In this document: piece after piece, positions 1 through 9,745 of the stretch
How positions within the stretch are numbered: the first letter of the stretch is position 1
How the letters are laid out: every line of letters begins with the position of its first letter
Source of the DNA: Selaginella moellendorffii
Lineage: Eukaryota; Plantae; Lycopodiophyta
Length of the DNA: 9,946 bases
Direction: 5' to 3'
Assembly (NCBI RefSeq): GCF_000143415.4
Contig: NW_003314611.1
Location: 1 to 9,946, forward strand
Program-made: the position numbers and the translations under genes
The notes under the pieces: generated by a model
What the model was told of the DNA's origin: nothing
Databases searched by the model: none
Seen by the model: only the letters and a program-made list of their open reading frames with translations

Positions 1-886
1 CTCTCCCCTGTCTCTTGAGGTTTCCGATCGTCACAGTTCTGAGGTGCATTCTTTGTCTCAAATCGCTGAGAATGTTAATCTGCATTTCCTTGCTTTCTGT
101 CATAACTGTTACATTTGAACTGCTTTCTATGTTTTCTTGTTCCGTGGTCTCGTTCGTCTAGTTGTGGCCTGTCGTTAACAATCTTTCACTGGGGATGGCC
201 AAAGCGCTTGGTCTCTCTGGCGTTGGAAAGTTTCATGGCGGTTGGTTCTCGTTGACAGTTGGCCAAGTCGCTTGGTCCTTTCGGCTTGTCAATCGACTGC
301 CTATGACGGGCTGCTTCAAGGATGGATGAGACACGGGAAAATTTGTGTGATGCCTTTCTGTGCTTATTGTCTTTCTTTCATACCATTGCCTCGGAGCTTG
401 AACATCGATGCTACCTCAGAATCTTTGACTTTGGACCTTCAATCACTTGGGATTGAGACTCATTCGCCCCTTGAGAGTTGCACACCATCAACACTGAATC
501 TCTTAGTATCTGCGCACTTGGGATGTGCTTTCCCCAGTCAGTCGCCAAATACGAAACGTACGGGAGTGTGTAGACATTCTTTGGATGATGTTAGTGCAGA
601 GGTCATGAAGGGAACCGCCATGGAGATGTGCTCCAGGTCGAGATAGCTTCAGTGTCGGCTGGATATGCAGTGGAATGACTCCAGCAGTTGGTTTTGCAAC
701 AAGCCTGGAGAATCTTTTTGTGGTTGAAGAATATATTTGTAATGAAGAGCAAGAGTCCAAATCTGCATCATTTATGACAAAAAATCAATTATAATAGAAT
801 TTGATTACAAGCAAAATAGTGAGGAAGAAAAAGAATAGAAGTCCTAACTAAATTAAAAATTGATGAACAATTAACCCGAATTTATG

Positions 887-990
887 NNNNNNNNNNNNNN
901 NNNNNNNNNNNNNNNNNNNNNNNNNNNNNNNNNNNNNNNNNNNNNNNNNNNNNNNNNNNNNNNNNNNNNNNNNNNNNNNNNNNNNNNNNN
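887..990. other. Assembly gap (N run)
   Basis: Run of N bases. Confidence 0.99.
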
Positions 991-2117
991 AAATAAACTT
1001 TCCTTTTATTAAGTTTCCCACCTAATTTCATTTAATTCTAAAATTCATTGAGTTAAATTAAATTTTAGTATTATTTTTTATCTTCTATATTTTATAAAAT
1101 ACATTTAAAACTCAGTAAGTGGTGTAAAATACAATTTAATATGTAAACACATATTAGGCAATTGCTACAAGGCACAAAACAAAAATCCTCAGTTTATATT
1201 AACCAAATAAAAAAGTCATATATAAATAGTTAACATATAACTTAATAAACTAATAAATAAAAATTTATAAATATTTTTTAGTTTTTTAATAAGATATTTG
1301 TAAGTTTTATAACTAAATCTGATCTACATTTCATTCAAATATATCATATCAATAAATATTTTCCTAACACTATTTTGTATTGTCTTAAGTTGAATGCATC
1401 TATATTCGTAGACACAAATATTAGTCTTTTAGCACCTGATTATTTAGATATTTCATTAAATATCCAAATACTAATTCAAACACTTTTAAAAGGAACTTCA
1501 AGTCACCAAGGGTAGTAATATGCTTTTTGCAAGCTAAGAATAATAGAGATTGTTATTGTCACACTCTGAGATCATGAAATGCAAGGATTCTATTTAGAGG
1601 AAGAAGTCCTTTGAATTCAATAACATACTTATTAACCATCATGAGATTTGATAGCTTGCAGGGATAATATTCCAAATTATCGACAGTAACTTATGCATTA
1701 ATCTTTTGGCACACCAAGATAAGTCTATTGACATTCAAAGGACATTGCATACTTATGCTTTGCTAAAATTTTGCCTTCAACTCCACTTTCACTTACTTTG
1801 TTATGTTTGAATGTAAACTTAGATAATTTTCTATCCAAAAGTAGAACTTTGTCCATGACATCAAATAACTCCAGTTTTTTATAGAGTTAAGTGAGGATGA
1901 TATTTGACAATATTATTGTGATGATCTTGCAACACTTGTTCAACACTCATAGACTTGAAATGATAGTATGATTTGGTTCAACAACCCAATCAAATTTTCT
2001 GCTTATGGTGTGTTGTAAGATATATCTTTCCTTCACTTTATAAAGGATTATTTTTATTTTTTTGGTTTCTATCCTTTAGTAAAGATCAAGCAAGATGCAT
2101 ATGAACTTGTGTATCTG

Positions 2118-2678
2118 NNNNNNNNNNNNNNNNNNNNNNNNNNNNNNNNNNNNNNNNNNNNNNNNNNNNNNNNNNNNNNNNNNNNNNNNNNNNNNNNNNN
2201 NNNNNNNNNNNNNNNNNNNNNNNNNNNNNNNNNNNNNNNNNNNNNNNNNNNNNNNNNNNNNNNNNNNNNNNNNNNNNNNNNNNNNNNNNNNNNNNNNNNN
2301 NNNNNNNNNNNNNNNNNNNNNNNNNNNNNNNNNNNNNNNNNNNNNNNNNNNNNNNNNNNNNNNNNNNNNNNNNNNNNNNNNNNNNNNNNNNNNNNNNNNN
2401 NNNNNNNNNNNNNNNNNNNNNNNNNNNNNNNNNNNNNNNNNNNNNNNNNNNNNNNNNNNNNNNNNNNNNNNNNNNNNNNNNNNNNNNNNNNNNNNNNNNN
2501 NNNNNNNNNNNNNNNNNNNNNNNNNNNNNNNNNNNNNNNNNNNNNNNNNNNNNNNNNNNNNNNNNNNNNNNNNNNNNNNNNNNNNNNNNNNNNNNNNNNN
2601 NNNNNNNNNNNNNNNNNNNNNNNNNNNNNNNNNNNNNNNNNNNNNNNNNNNNNNNNNNNNNNNNNNNNNNNNNNNNNN
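2118..2678. other. Assembly gap (N run)
   Basis: Run of N bases; the three X-filled ORFs in the track are artefacts of it. Confidence 0.99.
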
Positions 2679-2984
2679 TTTTCCAATTGGTTAAAGGTCT
2701 TGGGTTATTTGGGGTTAAACATCTTTGGGTTTAAATAATACTAGGCTAGATGACCTCATGGGAAGTTCAAATTCAATGACAATGCAAGTGACAATGGAGA
2801 TGAGGATAAGAAAGCTTCGAATCAAACTCATATTCCACCATCTGATAATCAGGATCAAGCTCTAATTTCACTACCAAACGATCATATGATGGTACCTTTT
2901 TTTATTCATATGACTCTTCTATAGGTTCGTCTTGTTTTCCCAATAACACCATGCTTCCCTGAAAGTTCACGCCCTCGTGAACAA

Positions 2985-3131
2985 AAGCTAAAAGCCACAG
3001 CTCTCCCGAGAGCCCCACTCTTTTGACACCCTACCCCTCGGGTGGAGTCTGGCTGGTCCAGTTTACGGAAGCTAAGAGCCACAGCTCTCCCGAGAGCCCT
3101 GCTCTTTTGACACCCTACCCCTCGGGTCGAG
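2985..3131 (+). repeat. Direct repeat, two 63-bp copies with an 84-bp period
   Basis: 2985-3047 versus 3069-3131 (aagctaaRagccacagctctcccgagagcccYRctcttttgacaccctacccctcgggtSgag), 4 mismatches. Each copy contains the inverted repeat gctctc-cc-gagagc. Confidence 0.95.
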
Positions 3132-3600
3132 CCCAGTAGGAGCAAATTGGATCAGCCAGATGTTAATCAACATTTGGTGTGATTCCCTTAGCCAACCAAT
3201 AGAGTCGGACTTGAGATCAATACTAAATGTAAGCTCCTGAATTTGGACTTCCCGAGATGTCACCCTTGGAAAAAGGGGTGCACTCTTGTTCATAAGCCCT
3301 TTCTCTCTATATTTGAACCCCATGGATCGTTTCTCAAATTGTTCCCTTTGGTTACTTATAGTGTCTTCATTAGCTTTTATAGTAGATTGTTGACATCTTT
3401 CATAAAAGACGACATAAACATAGAAATATAACATTAGTTCAACCATTAATGTTGAACAATATAAAAGCCCTTACAAACTTTATTCTCTTCGACTTTGCAA
3501 ATAGTCTTTAAATATTGATGGGAAAGTTGAGGACTAGAAACTTTCTCACACTTGACCACCTTGTGACATATTCTTCTTGTCATAAACATTTCTATTTGAA

Positions 3601-4260
3601 GTTGGCTATGTCATTTTTATCCTACTAAATGACCCCAACTGGATGTATGAACTTATGATGTGTGTAGTAGAAGTTTATTTCAAGTCATTCTCCTCCGAAT
3701 GTATCATGGATCCTATTGGCATCGATATTAGGGGCATTCAAAGTAAGCTTGAAAAGGCGAGTAGGTATATTATATTTTTATCTAATTTCTAAACTTTCTC
3801 ATTTTCTAAGTTATGATGTGGACTATCACAAATGTGACTTTGGGTATCAAAAGTTACCTGTCAATTAATCCTTTTGGATATTCTTTCCTTACTACTATGA
3901 TGGCAAAAGGTTGGTATTGCTAGACCCTTTTTTTCAGTCTCCACCTAAAATAGTTGAGAAACTAATTTTTGTGTGTGCACTTGACTAGTTAGATGAGCAT
4001 CAAGACGGAATTCCTAAGTGCTATTAGTCAAACATACTTGACTTGATTAGAGAAACTCATTCATTGACTTGCACTTGTTAGTGTTGGGAACCCTTGCAAT
4101 ATTGAGTTTAGTCCTTCAATATTCGTCAGATGATAGCTTATTGTGTTTGCCAAACACTCTCGCTATCATACATCTTGTGTTAGTACTATTTGGTTCTAAA
4201 TACTATTTATAGAAAGTGTTTAGATCTACTTATTTGGCATATCTACGGAATATAAAGATT
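3601..4260 (+). pseudogene. Decayed, spliced Ulp1/peptidase C48-like gene fragment (transposon passenger type); boundaries approximate
   Basis: Manual translation: 3601-3764 reads VGYVIFILLNDPNWMYELMMCVVEVLFKSFSSECIMDPIGIDIRGIQSKLEKAS. A 46-nt GT-AG intron (3765-3810) joins it in frame to YDVDYHKCDFGYQKLPVN*SFWIFFPYYYDGKRLVLLDPFF. This resembles the C48 pattern WL.D.VI...IxDP / D.IxLPIN...HW.L......IxxLDxL. It has internal stops, and F sits at the catalytic His position. The family call is by eye only. Confidence 0.35.
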
Positions 4261-4508
4261 GTCTTGACCACAATGGTGTTGGTCCTGTATCCAAATTCAC
4301 AATCTAGAGACATTCCATATTAAGCTCTATTTCGTTAAAGTGGGATTTATTCAGTAAAATGGGACTAGGTACAAATTTTCAAGTATTTGAAAATGACGTG
4401 AAATTATATGTTTTTTGTCCAGGGGCTAAACATATCTGGGGCATGGTGACTAGCGCGGTGACTTTGTGTCCAGACTGAGTCCATCTGGTTGTATAATAAA
4501 TCTCATTG

Positions 4509-4977
4509 TCAAGGTGAACAAGCCGAATCTGAAGCTAAAGAAGAGCGATGGCATGCGCGCACACACTATTTGTTTGTTCATTGAGCGTGTGGTGAGCTTT
4601 CCAAGATGAACATCATTCCTATTAGCCAGACATATAACTTAATGGTGAGAACATTTAGATATTATTCAATGTTATCTTTTTCTAACGAATCTAATTGTGA
4701 AGGTGTAGCAAGAGGCATTGCTAGTCTGGAGAAGTCATTTAACTCATTTGACCCTTAGTGTATTTTCATGAAACTAAATAACATTCATATTATTAAGGAA
4801 TTTCTCTAGTACCTTTTTTTTACGACATAGAGGCTTGCATTTCTTTCAAAGGTGATTTAGTAAAAGGCCTGAGGGCACATGCCATTCTATTTCTCAGACC
4901 GGTATTAAGATATGCTAGTGCAAAGGGCCACATGCCATCACGCCTCCTCTGATTTAGATTCGGATTGTTCACCTTGA
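4509..4977. repeat. Diverged inverted repeat, 4509-4555 versus 4977-4931
   Basis: tcaaggtgaacaagccgaatctgaagctaaagaagagcgatggcatg (+) versus tcaaggtgaacaatccgaatctaaatcagaggaggcgtgatggcatg (-): 38/47 identical, no gaps. Confidence 0.9.
4938..4972 (-). CDS. Putative terminal exon of the transposase (GEQSESKSEEA*) after a 52-nt intron, 5024-4973
   Basis: Donor CAAG|GTGAGA, AT-rich intron with ctaa branch-like motifs, acceptor ttttatttcaag|. The phase-1 join is in frame. Confidence 0.5.
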
Positions 4978-5010
4978 AATAAAATACATTAGAAACTTAG
5001 TAAAGGAATA

Positions 5011-8000
5011 TTAATGAATCTCACCTTGAACCCGGGTTATGAATGCTCTTGCTGCATCTCTTGCATGGTCTAGCAAGGTGATGGTGGCACTCTGCTTCCG
5101 CATCCAACCATGCACAACATTATCCACCGATATGCTCATGCTGGGATCCCTTGGATTTAGCACCCATCTCTTTTCTAGGCAATCCTTCGTATATCCGGAA
5201 CTTGGCTTGAACCACTCCACAGTTACATTGAAGGAGTTAGTTTCCGCATCCTCCTCTACATCAGTGATGCAGCGCCCCACCCATATCATTTTTTTTTTAT
5301 TACTGGGTCTGACAAGCACGACCATTCCTTTGCAGACCTGTACTGGATTGAATGCTGAATCCGGCTTCTTGTTCCTCGGCCCACAATAGTGATCCTCAAC
5401 ATCGTTATCTGTCACTGCATTTCCAGAGGACATTGTTCCGCTACTATCTGGTGCTCTGGGTTCTGGCCAAAAGGACTCTTCTAATTCTTCATATACAACC
5501 GGCCCATTTTGGATAGCAGATATAATCTTCTCCCAGTATTCGAGAAAAGGCTTGCACCTCTTAAAATAGGATTCTCCACCAAACACCAACCCCCTCTTCC
5601 AGAAGGCAATATGCTGTCTAATCCCGGCCACTATACTTTCCTGGTCTTTGAGTCCATCCGGGTGCATCGGCCGTGGGGAACCCTTAGGAATCATAGGTTC
5701 CCCAGTTATGGGATCTCTCTTGAAGAGTTCAATACCATCCACTGGCAGCCACACTGTGTCCCATTCTCTCATCTTGTACCTCATCACTGGAGCACCGTCA
5801 CGCATGCTGAAATGAAACTGAAGAGGCTTGGAGTGGCCAATTAGCGTTTCGGATCCGTCCCTGATGTAGCCTCTTACAAACCCCTTAAAGTCTGGAACCT
5901 CTGTCACAAGTGCAGCTTCAACAGTGCCTTTGATGCAATTTTGGAATTCATCGTAGAGTTGTGGGAGGGTGAGGACATTGGATCGCCGGAGTGACTCTGC
6001 CAGGTGACTGAACATGGCATCGACGTCTTCATGAGTGTGCCCAACCATGAGAAAGCCAAGTGTAACCGTTTCAAATATGCCTTTGGCAACAAGTATCGCC
6101 AAGTACGCGAAGACGTACATGTTTTTGTTCTCACTGCCAGCATTGTCTGTTTGGAGCAGAAGATGGGGTGGAAGGCCACATCGGCCGCAAGAACTTCCTT
6201 GAGATTCTACTTCGTTTGGATGAGGCTGTGCATTCACCGGGCGACCAGCCTCGTCGGAATGGCATGAGGCCTCACGTGATAACCCTACAATCTGACGGCC
6301 AACATATTCACTGGGATGGCATGGGGCCCCACGCGATACTGCAAGCCTTTGCTCCTCCTCCAGCTGAACCCTGTATGGGGTTCGATCGACAAGGGCCTAT
6401 GCAAGGGTTGGCCGTTCAGCTCAGTCTGCGCACTTTGCAGAGACCTTAAGTGTTTTGCTAGGGACGCAATCATCATGTTTGCACCCCCACCACCCCATAG
6501 AGGTACAAAGAAGTTCCCATAATTCTGGGCACCATGCCCATGAGCGATTATGCCAAACAGAGACACAGGCAGCTGCATGGATGAAGAGATTGCCTTGGGG
6601 GCAGGATTGAGTCGAGGTAAGCACGTCTTTTTCTGGTCCATTTTGTCGTGGATGATGCAGAGGTAAGAGTCAGGTCTCTCCATGGAGAGAATCCTGTTAT
6701 GATAATATGCAGTCCTGCAGCTTCTCTGCTCGATGTTGTGGTCGAGCTGCCTTCTAACCAACATCTCTCGCTCTTGAGCGCTGCAAGAATTCTTCGACAA
6801 AGCCATTTTGATAGCAGTGCACTCGTCACACTTTGAAAAGTTGGAGTACTTTCCTATACACACATCCCTGAACCTGTTGCTCCACAATCTACTAAATCTA
6901 GATTGGCTCAGCTTCCTGTAGCCATTACTCTGGAGTTCCCGATTCACATCTTCCAATATGGCCCCCTTGGTATACATGGAAGGGAGAACTCGTTGGGTGT
7001 CTCGTGTTCCATCTTCCAAGAGGCGGGTTTTATGTGGTTGCTGCTCGCTACATGTCTCGACAAACCTCTTGAAGATTGCCTCTCCATATACAACATGACC
7101 CCTGGTTTTGTGCGTACCGTCGTTCCCATGGACTGCCTGTTGAACCCTTTGTTCCTCGAACTCAGTTTTGATTCTGTAGAATATGCTTCGAGGGACTCCA
7201 TAAATGATTCTCCATGCCTTCATGCAGACCAAACCCCTCTGGAAGACTATGCCCCCCACCTGATGTTCTGAAGCATCAACAGATGACCGTAATGCCTCAT
7301 ACACAAAATTGTGAGCTGCCTTCCAGGACAATGTCTTGTATCTTGCTCTCTCCTCTTCAATAGCATCCCAATCAGCATGTTGACAGCACCTCCTCTTGCA
7401 ACAAGCAACTATCGAGACCATTCGAACCTCCATCGCCATTTTCTGCCTTTTCGGTTCGTTGCTCAGATCCCTTTGGCTGCACTGTAGGAAGGTGTACTTT
7501 CTTTTCCCATGAAGAGATGTTCTGTCATCAGTTGTAGTGGTGTTTGATTGTGAATCCTTCACATTCTCAAACACTAAATGCCTCAATTTCCACCGCACAA
7601 TGCTTCCAATAGTCAGACTGTTTTCTTCTGTGTCAACAACCTCTAAAATCGCAACTCCAATATCATCCCAGCCCAATTCTTGATTAGCAACCGCATCTCT
7701 TGGATCGACAACTGTGGCTAAGCCCTCAGCTACCACCTCCCCCTCGGGGTTGTTTAGAAACACCTTTGCCTAAATCCATGTAGCATGGTTCTTAAGATCC
7801 ACGGAGGGAACATGCGTCGCACTTGCGTTGTCCCCAACATCTGCTTTCTTCTGCAGATTTTTCAAGGCAACAACAACATTTACCCCGACGACCATCTCTC
7901 CTCGTTCAATAGCGACCACATTCCCATCGAAGACAGTCTCTACTGATACAGCAGCATTGCCTTCCCCAAGCCTTTGATAGTGTATAACAAAGTTCCGATC

Positions 8001-8078
8001 CATAGACACAAGGGTCCCTTTTGCAACACTCTTCCCACCATTCAAAATGTAAACCTTTTCCCCAACCCTGAAGGCCAT
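5011..8078 (-). pseudogene. Sola-like DDD transposase, ~1020 codons, disrupted by one in-frame stop and one frameshift
   Basis: ORFs 7770-8078 and 6285-7763 are in the same frame, separated only by TAG (WI*AKVFL). The frame of ORF 5011-6237 is open back to 6396 (ALVDRTPYRVQLEEEQR), implying a 1-nt loss near 6398. Motifs: CCKRRCC, VCMKAWRIIYGV, FSKCDEC...H, IIHDKMDQKK (D at 6647 and 6638), LQTDNAGSENKN (D at 6147), FLMVGHTHEDVDAMFS (last D at 6021). These match the Sola/DUF7869-type catalytic core as I recall it. Confidence 0.85.
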
Positions 8079-8079
8079 T

Positions 8080-8100
8080 CTGAAAGTGCAGAAAAGAAGT
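8080..8100 (-). promoter_or_regulatory. 3' splice acceptor immediately upstream of the transposase ATG
   Basis: Minus strand reads acttcttttctgcactttcag|aATG: a pyrimidine tract plus CAG, one base before the ATG at 8078. Confidence 0.6.
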
Positions 8101-8434
8101 TAAGACCATACAAAAAATGATTGGAGAATGGCCTAAATCATAATATACCAAATAACATGAGGCCACATGCCATTATTCAAACATGCTATTGACACCTACG
8201 TGAAATTTCGCATTCACAAAATTGGCATGAGCCCTCATGCCATCTTGATATACACACAGCTGCAGGCAAGTGAAAACATACATGACAATACGCTAGCCAT
8301 GAAATTGCAAGGGCCCAAGATGGCATGTGGCCTCATGCCATTTCTAAATGTGGTCCTAAACCATTCCATGGTGAACATACCAGGAAGCACAAGTGCCGAA
8401 TATCAAGAGGAAGCGGTAGCCACACCAAAGACAG

Positions 8435-8532
8435 TGCCGCTCGCAACACCGCAACTGCTCGTAGCGCCGCTCGCACAAACTGCCACTCGCATAAACTGCC
8501 GCTCGCAATGGCGCTCGCAATGCCGCAACCGC
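8435..8532 (+). repeat. GC/CpG-rich degenerate tandem repeat, core YGCCGCTCGCA
   Basis: Units at 8435, 8465, 8481, 8497 and 8509 (12-16 bp spacing for the last four). Confidence 0.85.
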
Positions 8533-9322
8533 TTGTAGACGCATAAACCACAGCTCACAACGCCGCTTACACAAGCAGCGCTCACTGCGCTCAGTGGAAC
8601 CAAGAACATGGCGCACAAAAATGATAGACCTAGGAATGAGTTCGAGAATTCAAAAATAACACACGCTTGAACGTCACATCAAATCCTCTGACAAACCAGA
8701 TCTTTTGATTCCTCTGACAAATTTCAAACTGAGTAGCTTCTAGACTTTGCTGTCGGAGGTTGAACTTTGTCACATCATGTCCTTGCCTCGATCCAGCTGT
8801 GCCATGTCAGTGATTCAAACTTTGCCATGCCATGTCAGCGATCCGCGCCAAGATTATTCGCCGTGTAAAGGAATAATTATGCTGTGTGTGTACGTCCATT
8901 TATGGCAATATAAGGCCACACGCCATTCAAAGAATAATGCTAGTCGAGCATTTTTTGGTGCATTTTTGGGTTCAAAATTGCATGAGCCCACACGCTATAA
9001 AGTTTACCTGTACCAAAAATAGAAACAGCTTTATTTACTTGGGAATTTAAGTGGTTGAGGCATTTTTAAACTTACAAACACATGCCCTACTTACATTCCT
9101 TTGGTTGCTTAAAATTCAAAAATATTATAAACCTTTCTTTTTGCATTTTCAATGTTTTCAATTATGGTTTTTGATTTTCGCAGGACCAGCCTAGTAATCT
9201 ATTTGCATCCCGTCATGTTTATAGCTAGCTTTCGTTTGTCCTGAGATACATCTGCTCGGCATCTGCCTCTTACAGCATTTGCCCAGAAAGGGCATCTTTC
9301 TTCACGCAGCATTTGCCACATG

Positions 9323-9347
9323 TTTAGGGTTAGGGTTTAGGGTTTAG
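9323..9347 (+). repeat. Short interstitial plant telomeric repeat / telo-box cluster
   Basis: TTTAGGG TTAGGG TTTAGGG TTTAG. Confidence 0.9.
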
Positions 9348-9473
9348 CAATTCAGTAGCTTGATAAACATGCAAATACAGAACTTGATGCAAAATCCTTT
9401 GATATGTCACAATGCCCCTAGGACCATAAACACATTTCAATAGAGAGGGTCCTTTCATTTCATAACTCCTTAC

Positions 9474-9716
9474 GTAGATCTTGGTGAAACCAGAGTTAGT
9501 GAAGTTGGTTTCTTGTGATCCCGCATCTGATTGTGATGTCCCTTTGCAGTGTCGATGGAAAGGTCAATGCACACCAAACTGTAGAATCTTGGAGCAAAAT
9601 AACGGTCGGATCTATGGCAAATGCCCCTGAAATATTGTAAGGCTCGTGTGGTCTCATGTGGTGTCCGATCGAGATGCTTCTTTGCAGGGTCATCAAGAAG
9701 GACATTGTATACCATT
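9474..9716 (-). other. Candidate upstream exon (ATG at 9715, 80 codons plus 2 nt)
   Basis: Bounded by acceptor ttttacag| and donor |GTAAGG. The frame is open throughout and phase-compatible with the acceptor at 8080. No recognisable protein motif. Confidence 0.25.
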
Positions 9717-9735
9717 CTGTAAAATCTAGTTGCGA

Positions 9736-9745
9736 TCTAACGGTT
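9736..9745 (+). promoter_or_regulatory. MSA-like (MYB3R) motif
   Basis: TCTAACGGTT matches YCYAACGGYY and lies within the near-palindrome GATCTAACGGTTGGATC. A related TAACGGTCGGATCT is at 9600-9613. Function is unproven. Confidence 0.3.

Noticed and set aside
1-760. ORFs 242-646 (+) and 503-760 (-), and possible decayed minus-strand coding sequence
   Set aside because: GC is higher than the flank, but there is no recognisable motif and the minus frames I translated have several stops. It cannot be assigned.
991-2117. Very AT-rich segment between the gaps
   Set aside because: No ORF, repeat or RNA structure I can support; ordinary intergenic or intronic DNA.
2069-2738. Three ~200-aa ORFs in the track
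   Set aside because: They consist of N-gap codons.
4780-4865. Candidate left terminus/TIR of the transposon (e.g. GAGGCTTGC near 4829)
   Set aside because: No matching inverted copy or TSD was found in the window.
5289-5298. A10 run on the coding strand as a slippery site
   Set aside because: The frame is intact (KKKM) and the downstream domain reads sensibly without shifting.
5039-7271. Many short plus-strand and alternate-frame ORFs overlapping the transposase
   Set aside because: Shadow ORFs of a long coding region with no independent motifs.
8153-8340. Palindromes with unique spacers as a CRISPR-like array, or as p53 sites (CATG-N6-CATG)
   Set aside because: Spacing is irregular, there are no cas genes and the context is eukaryotic. 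The inner flanks are opposite to the p53 consensus, and plants lack p53.
8167-8618. Five overlapping ORFs on both strands
   Set aside because: Explained by the stop-poor, GC-rich tandem repeat.
9323-9347. True telomere or chromosome-healing site
   Set aside because: Only about 3.5 units, internal, and flanked on both sides by element-type repeats.
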